A stretch of 64,000 bases of DNA from Endomicrobiia bacterium. GTDB lineage: Bacteria > Elusimicrobiota > Endomicrobiia > DTEH01. Both the position numbers and the translations under genes were made by a program. Position 1 is the stretch's first letter; the number at the start of each line of letters is the position of its first letter. This document shows positions 19,769 through 30,002 of this stretch, piece after piece. Below the pieces are notes generated by a model. The model was not told where the DNA came from, searched no databases, and worked only from the letters and a program-made list of their open reading frames with translations. The stretch is taken from assembly GCA_025059805.1 (NCBI GenBank), contig JANXDG010000035.1, positions 60,842 to 124,841 of the forward strand. Direction: 5' to 3'.

Positions 19769-21777
19769 AACATTTTTTTAGATAGACGTGATAATATTGT
19801 CTCTAAAACAAAAAATAATACTAAAAAAGGAAGTATATTACCTGAAAGTTCCTTGCCAATACACCATTGAATAAGATTGTAATGTTTATCTTTATCTATT
19901 CTAAAAAATAGTATATTACCTTTAACAAATTTTGATAAAAATTTTTTCGCTTTTGTCTCAGTAGCTATCTTTATGTTTGACTCATCAGGTGATATATTTA
20001 TGGCAATAGGAATTTTTTTATCACCAATATCTATTTCATACACTCCTGGCTTATAAAATCTAATTTCTGAATAATTTTTTTCAAAAAATTTATCATTGTC
20101 TGACATATCTCCATTTATATCAACTTGTTTCACATTACGGATCCCAGCAAAATTTATCTGTTCTGAAATATAATAAAAAGGTTTTATATCTTTAGATGTT
20201 GTTTCTTCTTGCTTAAAAATATTGTCAAAAATACCTACAAAAATTGGCTTCAATATAAAATTAGTCCATTCTTTATCAGGTGAAAAACTAAAAACGTATG
20301 TGTTGTCATTTTTAACAACAGCAGGTGTGCCGTCTTTATATCTTAGTATTACTTTCCATTTATATCTGTCTCTTACTGTCAAAAGTATTCTTTTCTTTAC
20401 AAAGATCTTATCATACTCAAATCTGCTTAGGTAAACATTCCAATTTTCATCATCTCCTAAACTTAAATTTATCCCTTCGCCATATTCATTCTGTAAACGC
20501 ACAAATTCTAATCCAGTCAGTACCTCATCATAACTTTCTAAATCACATCTTTCATCTGGAAAAACAATAACTACTTTGTCATCTCTTACGTTTCTTAGTA
20601 AGCTTATCTCTGTTAAACCTATAAGAATAATAAAATTATACTTATTTATATCTATTTTATCATATAAGTTTTCAGAATAATCTTTTATCTCAATTTCTTT
20701 ATCTATAGCCTTGAATTTTTCAAAGTAAAATTTTTTACTACTTATACCTCTTAATGTAATAGGTTCATTTATAACACATAAAATTTTATCAGAAGAACCA
20801 TTGATTTTAAGTAATGAAAAATAAAATTTATTATCTTCAGTAAGTCCGTCCTTCGGTAAAATTAAACAACCAAAATTATCCTGATGTGATATTCTACCAA
20901 ACGGATATCTGAACTTATATCTATTAGTAAGCTTAGAAATGTACATATTTCCTACAATACTTTCGTTAATTAATAACTTCACAGAAGTACTTTCCTCTTG
21001 TTTGGCTTGACCTGAAAAACTTGTTTTATAGTCTATCTCAAGGAAATCATCTTTATTACTAACATTTAAATCTTCAACAAAGTAATTACTAACTTCTACC
21101 TCGGGATAACAAAAACTAATATCAGCTATAGTTTTAGAAATAGATACAGTTGACAAAAAAATATTATTATCAAACAAATGTTCTGCAAAATCTGTAAATA
21201 TCAGTATCTTACAGTTGGTATCAAGATTATCTTTTACATACGAAAATGTATATTCTAATGCTGTAGCGAGATTGCTTTTACAAAAGCTAATTTTTATATT
21301 TTCTAAATCATCAAAAATTTCCTGCAAAGTTTTTACTCTTTTTAACGGCACAACTTGTTCATTAAAAACTAATATTAACGAAGGAGTTACATCATATTTT
21401 TTTATTTCTTTCATAAACTTTATCAAACTGTCTTTACATATATCAAATTTTGTCTTATTACCAACCTTTTGATGCATAGAAAACGAATTGTCTATCAACA
21501 CAACTAAACTTAGTTTAGACGATTGGTAAGGATCTACATAAGCGACAGGACCTGAAAAAAACAAAATCATCAAAAAAACTATCAAACATCGTAGGATTAC
21601 TATTAGTAATTCAACAATTTTTTTCTTGGGTAAATATTGATTAACTACTCTATTAATCAAATACACATAAGTAAATTTTATTCTTTTACGCTGTTTATTT
21701 GACAGCAGGTGTAGAATTATCGGTAGTAAACTTAACGGTAAGAAATACAACAAGAAGTTATTCCGAAAAAAAATCAT
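19765..21777 (-). CDS. BatA N-terminal domain plus VWA membrane protein
   Basis: F.N...L..L....LPIILHL (BatA), LR.L, MIDAS DNSFS, IFTDF, D.L.EDN, N....ES, C-terminal TM. Confidence 0.8.
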   Translation of the reverse strand: MIFFRNNFLLYFLPLSLLPIILHLLSNKQRKRIKFTYVYLINRVVNQYLPKKKIVELLIVILRCLIVFLMILFFSGPVAYVDPYQSSKLSLVVLIDNSFSMHQKVGNKTKFDICKDSLIKFMKEIKKYDVTPSLILVFNEQVVPLKRVKTLQEIFDDLENIKISFCKSNLATALEYTFSYVKDNLDTNCKILIFTDFAEHLFDNNIFLSTVSISKTIADISFCYPEVEVSNYFVEDLNVSNKDDFLEIDYKTSFSGQAKQEESTSVKLLINESIVGNMYISKLTNRYKFRYPFGRISHQDNFGCLILPKDGLTEDNKFYFSLLKINGSSDKILCVINEPITLRGISSKKFYFEKFKAIDKEIEIKDYSENLYDKIDINKYNFIILIGLTEISLLRNVRDDKVVIVFPDERCDLESYDEVLTGLEFVRLQNEYGEGINLSLGDDENWNVYLSRFEYDKIFVKKRILLTVRDRYKWKVILRYKDGTPAVVKNDNTYVFSFSPDKEWTNFILKPIFVGIFDNIFKQEETTSKDIKPFYYISEQINFAGIRNVKQVDINGDMSDNDKFFEKNYSEIRFYKPGVYEIDIGDKKIPIAINISPDESNIKIATETKAKKFLSKFVKGNILFFRIDKDKHYNLIQWCIGKELSGNILPFLVLFFVLETILSRLSKKML

Positions 21778-22673
21778 TGTTGTTCCAAAATAAATTTTAA
21801 ATTCTCCACAAGAGGAAGTTCTGTACGTATGGTAAAATATCTAATATTTCTGTCATTTAGGTTTTCTTTATAAAACTCTAATATTTTTTTGAATTCTCTC
21901 CGATAATAATCTTTTATTTCTTCTACCTTAGTTTTAACAAAGATGGTATGTATTTCAATATCTTCTAAGATACAATTGTCATAATTTAGTTCTAACAATT
22001 CTTCTGTTCTATCAACTATATGTAGAATCATCAAATAAATATCAGAAAATGATAATTCACGCAAAATTTTTACAATTTTTTTCTCATTCATATCTATAAA
22101 GTCGGAAATAATTATCACCATATTTTTTTTCTTTACCAAACCAATCAGTTGTTTAAATACTTCACCAAAGTTAGTCTGTTCACCAAATATTTCTTCCTCT
22201 AAAAATTCAAGTATCTTATAGTAATAGTTAACATTAGACGATGCAGGTAAAACTTGTCTAATTTTACTGTCAAACTTACATATACCAACACAATCACCCT
22301 GGTTTAAAAGTATATAACTTATATACGAAGCAAGATAATTCCCATATTCATATTTGGTTATAGATGGGTTTTTATCTTTTTCTGGATAGTGCATTGAAGC
22401 GGAACAATCAAGAAATATATATGCCGTAAGGTTTACTTCTTGTTGATACTGTTTAACAAAAAACCTATCCCTACGTGCGTATACTTTCCAGTCAATAAAT
22501 TTTATATCGTCACCACAAACGTACTCCCTATGTTGTATAAAATCAAGTGATCTACCTATTAACCGACTCTTATGTTTGCCAGCGAAATCGCCTTCTACAG
22601 TGATGCTATTAAATTCTAAAATTAGTTGATCTATATATTTTAAAACTTCGGTAGAAGTATATTTGTAATGCAT
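21774..22673 (-). CDS. DUF58 domain protein (MoxR-associated VWA-like)
   Basis: G.HKS...G.S.DF..HREY..GDD.K.IDWKVYAR, DCSASM, IISDF. Confidence 0.9.
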   Translation of the reverse strand: MHYKYTSTEVLKYIDQLILEFNSITVEGDFAGKHKSRLIGRSLDFIQHREYVCGDDIKFIDWKVYARRDRFFVKQYQQEVNLTAYIFLDCSASMHYPEKDKNPSITKYEYGNYLASYISYILLNQGDCVGICKFDSKIRQVLPASSNVNYYYKILEFLEEEIFGEQTNFGEVFKQLIGLVKKKNMVIIISDFIDMNEKKIVKILRELSFSDIYLMILHIVDRTEELLELNYDNCILEDIEIHTIFVKTKVEEIKDYYRREFKKILEFYKENLNDRNIRYFTIRTELPLVENLKFILEQQ

Positions 22674-22833
22674 ACTTTTATTAAATAGATATTACTTTTT
22701 ATCCACTAAAAGTTATTAAAATAAAAAATACAAAATTTATGGCAGAAATTAAAGATTTGTTAAGGTGGTAAATGAAAAGATTTTATATAACTTCCTTGTT
22801 AGGAATGTTCGGTTTATTAAATACAAAAATTTT

Positions 22834-24303
22834 TTACATTTTTTGAACTAATTCGTTAAATTCTATGATAAGTCTGTCAATCTCTTCAACTGATGAAAAT
22901 ATTTCATCCCAAAATGTTTCTGACCACAATGTGTTAAGTTCTTCAACAGTTTTACCTTGTTGTTCAACCCATGTAAAATATTTTAAGTTATGTAACGCTT
23001 TGCGATCATAATATGATAATTCTTTTATCCAGTCAATTGAAATACTGTGTAACAACTCAATGTCTCTATAACCTTGTTCAGTAGTGTAGTTACCACGAAG
23101 TTTTTTGTACTCTTCAATCCTTGATTGATATAACTCCATAGAATCTGTAAAAATTGTAACTACAACATCTTTTTTTGTAAGTTCGAAATATTTTGCAAAT
23201 TTGATTGCCGCTACTAAATTACAGATCCCAGAAATACCTAAAAGATCAAGCTTATCAACAATTCCTTTAGGTACACCTTCTTTCATAAGAAGTTCTCTAC
23301 CAATAGGTTCGTTAAAAAGTCTCATTAACCTTATTGTTATCTCATCATCAATTGCTGCAACTGAGTCTGTATTTCTAACATTATGTATCCAAGGGACATG
23401 TTTATCACCAATACCTTCTATCCTATGTCCGCCATAACCGTTTAAGTACAGAGTTGGACATTGTAACGCTTCCGCAGCAAGAATTTTTAGCCCAGAAAAT
23501 TTTTTCTTTAAATAGTCTCCTGCTGCTATTGTTCCCGCTGATCCCGTAGCTGAAACATAACCTACCAATTTTAAATTAGCTTGTGTGACTAATAAAGATT
23601 TAAAAACTTCTTCAATTGCAGAACCAGTAATCTCGTAATGCCATAATGCATTACCAAATTCTGAAAACTGATTAAAAATCACAACTTCGTCACCACGCGT
23701 CCTTTTAAGTTCCCAACATTTGTCATAAATTTCTTTAACATTAGATTCGCATCCAGGCGTTGCATAGATTTCTTTTGTACCTATAGTTTTAAGCCATTCA
23801 AACCGTTCTTTACTCATTTCCTCTGGTAAGATTGCAATAGCGTCGCAACCAAGTAGTGCACAATCAAACGCTCCACCACGACAATAATTACCTGTTGACG
23901 GCCATACAGCTTTCTGTGTTTCTGGATTAAACTCGCCTGTAACTAACCTGGGAACTAAACATCCAAACGCAGCACCAACTTTGTGTGCACCTGTAGGGAA
24001 AAATTTACCTGTTAAACCAATGATTTTAGCTTCTACACCGGTTAGTGTTTCAGGTAGTTCAATATAATTTACATTGCCGTATAGCCCTGTTTTAATATCA
24101 TTTTTCCATGTTATACGAAATAAATTTAATGGATTAACATCCCATAAACCAACTGTTTTTAACTTGTCTTTTATCTGCTGTGGAACTTTTTCCTGTGGAT
24201 TTTTAAGCTGTGCAAAAGTTGGTATTATGACACCTCGTTCTTTACAACGTTTCGCTGCTATTTTTCTAACCTCTTCATTAATTTTTTTAGGTATAAGTGA
24301 CAT
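22834..24303 (-). CDS. Fold-type II PLP-dependent enzyme (cysteine synthase/tryptophan synthase beta superfamily)
   Basis: FPTGAHKVG (PLP lysine), STGNY, ATGSAGT, HRIEGIG, GISG; AGGAGG RBS. Confidence 0.85.
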   Translation of the reverse strand: MSLIPKKINEEVRKIAAKRCKERGVIIPTFAQLKNPQEKVPQQIKDKLKTVGLWDVNPLNLFRITWKNDIKTGLYGNVNYIELPETLTGVEAKIIGLTGKFFPTGAHKVGAAFGCLVPRLVTGEFNPETQKAVWPSTGNYCRGGAFDCALLGCDAIAILPEEMSKERFEWLKTIGTKEIYATPGCESNVKEIYDKCWELKRTRGDEVVIFNQFSEFGNALWHYEITGSAIEEVFKSLLVTQANLKLVGYVSATGSAGTIAAGDYLKKKFSGLKILAAEALQCPTLYLNGYGGHRIEGIGDKHVPWIHNVRNTDSVAAIDDEITIRLMRLFNEPIGRELLMKEGVPKGIVDKLDLLGISGICNLVAAIKFAKYFELTKKDVVVTIFTDSMELYQSRIEEYKKLRGNYTTEQGYRDIELLHSISIDWIKELSYYDRKALHNLKYFTWVEQQGKTVEELNTLWSETFWDEIFSSVEEIDRLIIEFNELVQKM

Positions 24304-24345
24304 AGTTTTACCTCCTGAGCGAACCTTTCTAAAAAAACGGGCTTT

Positions 24346-24374
24346 TATTTACAAAATGCTCATCCTAATGTCAA
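24346..24374 (-). promoter_or_regulatory. Putative promoter for the PLP enzyme gene
   Basis: Minus strand TTGACA-N17-TAAATA in the intergenic gap upstream of an AGGAGG RBS. Confidence 0.35.
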
Positions 24375-24383
24375 CATAACAAA

Positions 24384-25745
24384 CTAAAATTTTTCCCAAA
24401 ATCTTTCTGCAATTTTTCTTACCTCGTTTAGTAAATCTTTCTCAGAAAAATTAATCACTTTCCCTTCGGACAATAATTGTTTGCCGTTAACATATACAGT
24501 ATCAACAGTTGCATATGCAATCCCATACAGTAAGTGTCCATAATAATTATTATTAGTTATCGGCGTAGGCGGAATATAGTTATATACTACAGCATCTAAA
24601 GGTATCCCTGCTGAGAAAGTATTAAATTTCTTGCCAAAAAGTATTTCAACAATTTTTACATTAGCTTTTAACAACGTATTAGCAGATTCAACAAAAGCTA
24701 TATTTGGATTCTTAAAATGATGTCTTTGAATTAAACATAAGCTTCTAGCCTGTAAAATCATATGAGAACTCATTGCATCAGTTCCAAGTCCTACATTTAT
24801 ACCATACTGTAACATTTTTAACAGGTTGGCACAGCCAACAGCGTTGTTCATATTAGATTCTGGATTTAAAACAATATTACTTTTTCTTTCCGCAATTAGT
24901 TTCATCTCGTCCTCGTTAATATGAACACAATGAGCAAGAATGGTTTTGTCATCTAATAATCCAAACTTATCAAATCGTTCAACTACACGACAGTTATATT
25001 TTTCAATACAATTATGTTCATCAAGTTCGTCCTCAGCACAGTGTGTGTGTATCCCAAGTTTATATTTTTCTTTCAATTTAGAAATTTTATTCAAGGTTAA
25101 ATCATTTACAGTAAAAGATGCGTGTAAACCTATCATCGGTAGAATATTATAATTATTAGTACTGTCAAGTAGAGTCTCATTAATGAATTCTTCAGTAGCT
25201 TGTATTCCTTCATCACCTTTGCCAAACCTGTCCGATACACCAAGGCATAAACTTGCTCTTAGACCTATAGTTTTAACTGCTTTAGCTATCTGTTGTAAAC
25301 TCCCCTTTTGGACACCTTGTGATTCATGATGGTCAATAACTGTAGTGACACCGTTACGAAGACAATCAATCAATGCTGCTACTGCACTATAATAAATTTC
25401 CTCAGAGGAAAGTAGTTTATCAAGTTTCCACCATAACTGGTCAAGGATATCGTAAAAATTTTTTGCTGAATAATCTTTTAACAAGAGGCCACGAGCAAAC
25501 GACGAATAAAAATGGTGATGAGCACAAACTAAACCAGGCATTATCACTCTACCTTTTAAATCAAGAAATTTAAGATGGATAGTTTTAGTTTCCTCAGTGA
25601 GTTTAAAAGCTTTACTACGCATCTCATCATTAGTTCCAACATCTATGATGGTACCATTATTATCTAGCAAGATACCACAATTGTGTATAACTCTGTCTTG
25701 GATCGGATCAATTAGTATACCATTACAAACAAGCGTGAACATCAT
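24384..25745 (-). CDS. ssnA: SsnA-like aminohydrolase (amidohydrolase superfamily)
   Basis: CAHHHFYSSFARG, LWWKLD, GVTTVIDHH, GLHASFT, HCAE, AHCVH, NPESNMNNAVG, GTD. Start moved to ATG 25745, which follows AGGAGGAG. Confidence 0.8.
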   Translation of the reverse strand: MMFTLVCNGILIDPIQDRVIHNCGILLDNNGTIIDVGTNDEMRSKAFKLTEETKTIHLKFLDLKGRVIMPGLVCAHHHFYSSFARGLLLKDYSAKNFYDILDQLWWKLDKLLSSEEIYYSAVAALIDCLRNGVTTVIDHHESQGVQKGSLQQIAKAVKTIGLRASLCLGVSDRFGKGDEGIQATEEFINETLLDSTNNYNILPMIGLHASFTVNDLTLNKISKLKEKYKLGIHTHCAEDELDEHNCIEKYNCRVVERFDKFGLLDDKTILAHCVHINEDEMKLIAERKSNIVLNPESNMNNAVGCANLLKMLQYGINVGLGTDAMSSHMILQARSLCLIQRHHFKNPNIAFVESANTLLKANVKIVEILFGKKFNTFSAGIPLDAVVYNYIPPTPITNNNYYGHLLYGIAYATVDTVYVNGKQLLSEGKVINFSEKDLLNEVRKIAERFWEKF

Positions 25746-25775
25746 ATTGCTCCTCCTTTTAAACAACTATTCTAA

Positions 25776-27074
25776 TTATGGATATAATCCACGAAGAATT
25801 GCTGCTTCCGCAACACGATTCACCGCAAGTATCATTGCAGATGTTCTCATATCATATTTACCATTAGGAAGCTTATTATTGTAAGTTTTCATAACATCAA
25901 CTACTTCATTAAAAGCATTTACCATAACTTCCTTTAACCTTTCCTGTACATCTTTTTCTTTCCAGAAGTATGCTTGTAAACTTTGTACCCATTCAAAATA
26001 TGAAACAATCACGCCGCCAGCATTCGCAAGAATGTCTGGGACAACTTTAACACCTTTTTTTGCAAGGATTCTGTCAGCATCAGGTGTCGTCGGACCATTC
26101 GCAGCTTCAACTATTAGTTTAGCCTGAACTTTGTCCGCATTTTCTTTTGTGATCTGTCCTTCAATTGCAGCAGGAATTAGAATATCACACTTAAGTTCAA
26201 GTAATTGTTTGTTAGTTATATTTTTAGCATTTTTATACCCAACAACGGTTTTGTTTTTGAGTGTATACTTATAGAGATCAATAATATCTAATCCGTCGGG
26301 ATTGTATACACCACCATTTACATCTGACACTGCTATTACTTTGCATCCCATCTCGTAGAATATCCTTGCAGCATTGTATCCTACATTACCAAATCCTTGA
26401 ATTACAATTGTAGCTTTTGCTAAATCTATATTGTAAAACTCGCATGCTTGTTGAGTAATATAAACAACTCCACGACCAGTCGCTTCGGTTCTCCCTCGTG
26501 AACCTCCTAAACTCAACGGTTTGCCTGTAACCACACCAGGAACTGAGTATCCAATATTCATACTGTACGTATCCATTACCCATGCCATGATCCTCGGGTT
26601 AGTATTAACGTCAGGAGCTGGTATATCCTTTTCAGGTCCTATTATAATACCTATTTCGGAAATATATCTTCTAGTAATATGTTCAAGTTCTTGTTCAGAA
26701 AGTTTTGATGGGTCACAAACAACACCACCTTTTGCTCCACCGTAAGGAATGTTTACAACAGCACATTTCCAGGTCATCCACATTGCAAGCGCTGTAACCT
26801 CGTCAAGGTCAACATCAGGATGGTATCTTATTCCTCCTTTACCAGGTCCACGATCTAAATTATGTTGAACTCTGTAACCTGTAAATACACGAATTTTACC
26901 ATCATCACACCGAATAGGTACCGAAACAATAAGTGTACGTTTTGGATACTTTAATTTTTGTAAAATACCATAATCAAGGTTTATAATTTTTGCAGTCGTT
27001 TCAAGTTGTTCCCATGCCATATACAGTGGGTTAATTTTATAATTTTTCTTTTTTTCTGATATATGAAGTTTCAT
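25776..27074 (-). CDS. gdhA: Glutamate dehydrogenase (Glu/Leu/Phe/Val family)
   Basis: GYRVQH, GPGKGGIRYH, GGAKGG, DIPAPD, QGFGNVG, EAANGP, NAGGVIVSYFEW. Confidence 0.93.
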   Translation of the reverse strand: MKLHISEKKKNYKINPLYMAWEQLETTAKIINLDYGILQKLKYPKRTLIVSVPIRCDDGKIRVFTGYRVQHNLDRGPGKGGIRYHPDVDLDEVTALAMWMTWKCAVVNIPYGGAKGGVVCDPSKLSEQELEHITRRYISEIGIIIGPEKDIPAPDVNTNPRIMAWVMDTYSMNIGYSVPGVVTGKPLSLGGSRGRTEATGRGVVYITQQACEFYNIDLAKATIVIQGFGNVGYNAARIFYEMGCKVIAVSDVNGGVYNPDGLDIIDLYKYTLKNKTVVGYKNAKNITNKQLLELKCDILIPAAIEGQITKENADKVQAKLIVEAANGPTTPDADRILAKKGVKVVPDILANAGGVIVSYFEWVQSLQAYFWKEKDVQERLKEVMVNAFNEVVDVMKTYNNKLPNGKYDMRTSAMILAVNRVAEAAILRGLYP

Positions 27075-27113
27075 ATCTTTTACCTCACTTAAATTAAATA
27101 ATGTATTAAAAGT

Positions 27114-27740
27114 CTAACCTAAAATTTTTCTACTGCCAGGTTTTACGATAGGTACATTCTGTTTACATAACGGACAAACTTCAGGCGGATAGTTGTTCAC
27201 TTCTACTTTTGAGATATAAAAGTAAGGAATGCCAAAATCAACATTTGTCTGCCTATTAAAAATACTACATACCATAACTACATTACCACCATACTGTTTG
27301 ATTACATCAATTACTTCTTTTGTTGATTTCCCAGTTGTTACGACGTCTTCAACAATAATCACTCTATCTTGTGAATTAATACTAAACCCGCGACGTAATA
27401 TCATTTTTCCATAATCATCACGTTCAGTAAATATTGCGCGTATAGGTTTTTCACTAAATGTTCTAATAACACGGGCTAATTCTTGACCTATTATCACACC
27501 GCCTAAAGCAGGTGATACTACAACTGTTACTTCTTGCCAGTAGTTGCAATTATTCCGTATTTCCTCAAACAACAACATTGCAATTTTTTCTGCTATATCT
27601 GGATATTGAAGCACTAGTGCACATTGAATGTATTTATCGCTATGCAACCCTGAAGATAAAAGAAAATGTCCTTCAAGAATTGCACCAAATGATTTAAAGA
27701 CTTCTATTATAGATTCTTTTCTAAACTCCATATTTTTCAT
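27114..27740 (-). CDS. pyrE: Orotate phosphoribosyltransferase
   Basis: GHFLLSSGLHS..YIQCA, PALGG, LRRGF, VEDVVTTGKS, KPGSR. Confidence 0.95.
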   Translation of the reverse strand: MKNMEFRKESIIEVFKSFGAILEGHFLLSSGLHSDKYIQCALVLQYPDIAEKIAMLLFEEIRNNCNYWQEVTVVVSPALGGVIIGQELARVIRTFSEKPIRAIFTERDDYGKMILRRGFSINSQDRVIIVEDVVTTGKSTKEVIDVIKQYGGNVVMVCSIFNRQTNVDFGIPYFYISKVEVNNYPPEVCPLCKQNVPIVKPGSRKILG

Positions 27741-27762
27741 TCAACATTACATTAAGTGAAAG

Positions 27763-28218
27763 TTACAACATACCCTTCTTTATTCTAAGCAACTCTCTAT
27801 CCAACTCTCTACGTTTAATTTCTTCTCTTCTGTCATATACTTTTTTGTATTTACAAAGTGCTATTTCAATTTTGACATATCCGCGTTCATTAAAATACAC
27901 CTTTGTAGGTTTTATAACATACCCGCGTTCAGACATTTTTCCATAGAGTTTTTTAATTTCATCTTTATGAAGTAAAAGTTTGCGTTCGCGGTCAATCGGA
28001 ATTTTTATATGTGAAGATTTTTCATATTCTGGTATTCTGCAGTTAAGTAAAAACACCTCACCTCCTCTTATAACACAATATGCGTCTTTAATGTCTATCT
28101 TACCCATCCTGATTGATTTTACTTCACTACCTTTTAGTTCAATACCGGCTTCATAACTATCAATAATTTCAAAACTATGCGGTATTTTTCTATTAATTGT
28201 AACAATTTTTATTTCCAC
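27763..28218 (-). CDS. smpB: SsrA-binding protein
   Basis: EAGIELKGSEVKSIR, RKLLLHK.EI, K..YDRRE; GTG start. Confidence 0.96.
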   Translation of the reverse strand: MEIKIVTINRKIPHSFEIIDSYEAGIELKGSEVKSIRMGKIDIKDAYCVIRGGEVFLLNCRIPEYEKSSHIKIPIDRERKLLLHKDEIKKLYGKMSERGYVIKPTKVYFNERGYVKIEIALCKYKKVYDRREEIKRRELDRELLRIKKGML

Positions 28219-28237
28219 GATTTTTCACTATTAAAAA

Positions 28238-29464
28238 TTAAATAAACTTAATCTTCACAGTATCGCCTTTCTTTACATTTTTCTGTCTCTCATCTAAAAC
28301 AATCAAACAATTAGCACGGAGTAATGACATCAATATTCCAGAACCCTGTGGTCCTGTTGTTCTTACGTAAAACTTTCCGTTCTTTTGCACAACGACCCCA
28401 CGTAAGAAATATCGTAACCCAAGTTTCTTCTCTACAGGTTCTTCAATTATAGCATCAAAATACTGTTCTTGTTCATTCCTACCTTCAAGTTTATACAATA
28501 AAGGTTTTATAAGCATCTCAAAAACTATATAGTTTGAAACAACATTCCCAGGAACACCAAAGATAGGTATTTTTTGACCATTACGGTAATAAATACAATA
28601 GAATACAGGTTTGCCAGGACGTTGTTTAACTTGCCAAAAAATTGGTTTTACTTCTAGCTGTAATAGTACAGGTTTTACAAGATCATATTCGCCTTTAGAA
28701 ACACCACCCGAGATTAAAATCACGTCGCATTCTGCTAACGCCTTTGTTAATTTTGATTTTAGTTGTTTAACTTCATCTTTTGCAATACCATAGTTATAAG
28801 CTTTAAAATGATATTTTTCTACCAAGCCAGAAAGTGTATATGAATTTACATTTCGTACCTTACCATAAGTAACTTTTTCACCAACATCTACGAGTTCATC
28901 ACCTGTTGCAATAATACCTATCTTTGGTTTACGGTAAACCTTTATTTTATCGTATCCACAAGAAATAATCATACCTAACGCTGAAGGTGTAATCAATGTT
29001 CCTTTTTCCACGACAACCTCATTTTTTTTAACATCTTCACCACAAAATCTTATGTTTTTGTTAGGCTTGACTTTAGAGAAAATCTTTATCTTGTTATCTT
29101 CGTACTCCACTGCTTCTTTTTCTATGACAGCATCTGCACCCTGTGGCAGACAACTACCTGTCATTACAGAAACACATTCTCCAGATGATATTTTTAATCT
29201 ACTAACCTTACCAGCTTTTATTTCACCAACGATTTTAAGTTTAATAGGATTATCTATTTTTGCATTTTGAGTATCTGTTGACCGTATGGCGAATCCGTCC
29301 ATTGCAGAATTATCATAATTTGGAATGTCATATTTAGATTTAACGTTAACTGCGCAAGTATACCACAAACTTTCTTTTACATTTCTAAATTCTGTTCTTA
29401 ACTTCTTATTAACAGAATTCAAAATAAGGTTCAGTGCTGTTTTAAACTCTACATTCTGTTTCAT
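28238..29464 (-). CDS. moeA: Molybdopterin molybdotransferase
   Basis: NSAMDGFA, MTG..LPQGADAV, TGDEL, SGGVSKG..D, RPGKP, PGN, QGSG. Confidence 0.95.
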   Translation of the reverse strand: MKQNVEFKTALNLILNSVNKKLRTEFRNVKESLWYTCAVNVKSKYDIPNYDNSAMDGFAIRSTDTQNAKIDNPIKLKIVGEIKAGKVSRLKISSGECVSVMTGSCLPQGADAVIEKEAVEYEDNKIKIFSKVKPNKNIRFCGEDVKKNEVVVEKGTLITPSALGMIISCGYDKIKVYRKPKIGIIATGDELVDVGEKVTYGKVRNVNSYTLSGLVEKYHFKAYNYGIAKDEVKQLKSKLTKALAECDVILISGGVSKGEYDLVKPVLLQLEVKPIFWQVKQRPGKPVFYCIYYRNGQKIPIFGVPGNVVSNYIVFEMLIKPLLYKLEGRNEQEQYFDAIIEEPVEKKLGLRYFLRGVVVQKNGKFYVRTTGPQGSGILMSLLRANCLIVLDERQKNVKKGDTVKIKFI

Positions 29465-29979
29465 AATTTCAGTTTTGATACCAGAAAATTAGTAATATTT
29501 TTTATGTCTTTAATTTGAAATACAGGTTTAGAGTGTACTTTCAAATTTCTGTAGCTTACCGAATTACTTGTAACTACAATACATAAAGTATTTTTAATAC
29601 TTTTTATCACTCTATGCACTTCGCTAATTTTTTTAACTATAAGAATTTTGTTAAAGCTTGACTCTTTTAAACCTTCAACAAGAACTATATCTACATCTGA
29701 GAAGTACGCATTAACAATCCTATGTAAGGATAAAGGTTTATTAATCCATCTGATTAATACATACTTATCATCCGAAAATAGAGATAGATTATCAGCACCA
29801 ACAGTATGATAACGATACGTATCTTTACCCGGTTTGTCAATTACAAAATTTTTATGATGAGTATGTTTAAATACGGCAAGTTTTATTTTTTTTAATGTTA
29901 GCTTCTTTATAAGTTGTTCAATTAACCAAGTTTTCCCTACGCCACTGTTACCTACAACCGCCACAATTTTGGCACACAT
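29461..29979 (-). CDS. mobB: Molybdopterin-guanine dinucleotide biosynthesis protein B
   Basis: GNSGVGKT P-loop, KHTHH, D.PGKDT, D.VLVEG.K. Confidence 0.92.
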   Translation of the reverse strand: MCAKIVAVVGNSGVGKTWLIEQLIKKLTLKKIKLAVFKHTHHKNFVIDKPGKDTYRYHTVGADNLSLFSDDKYVLIRWINKPLSLHRIVNAYFSDVDIVLVEGLKESSFNKILIVKKISEVHRVIKSIKNTLCIVVTSNSVSYRNLKVHSKPVFQIKDIKNITNFLVSKLKL

Positions 29980-30002
29980 AAGAACATATGTTAAATATCA
30001 AT

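Noticed and set aside
22789-22809. Hairpin TTCCT-TGTT-AGGAA downstream of the PLP enzyme as a terminator
   Set aside because: Short weak stem and no U-tract on the minus strand.
24304-24383. Possible riboswitch in the leader of the PLP enzyme (GAGC/GCTC pairing)
   Set aside because: Too short, and I could not match purine, SAM, Moco or other aptamer consensus features.
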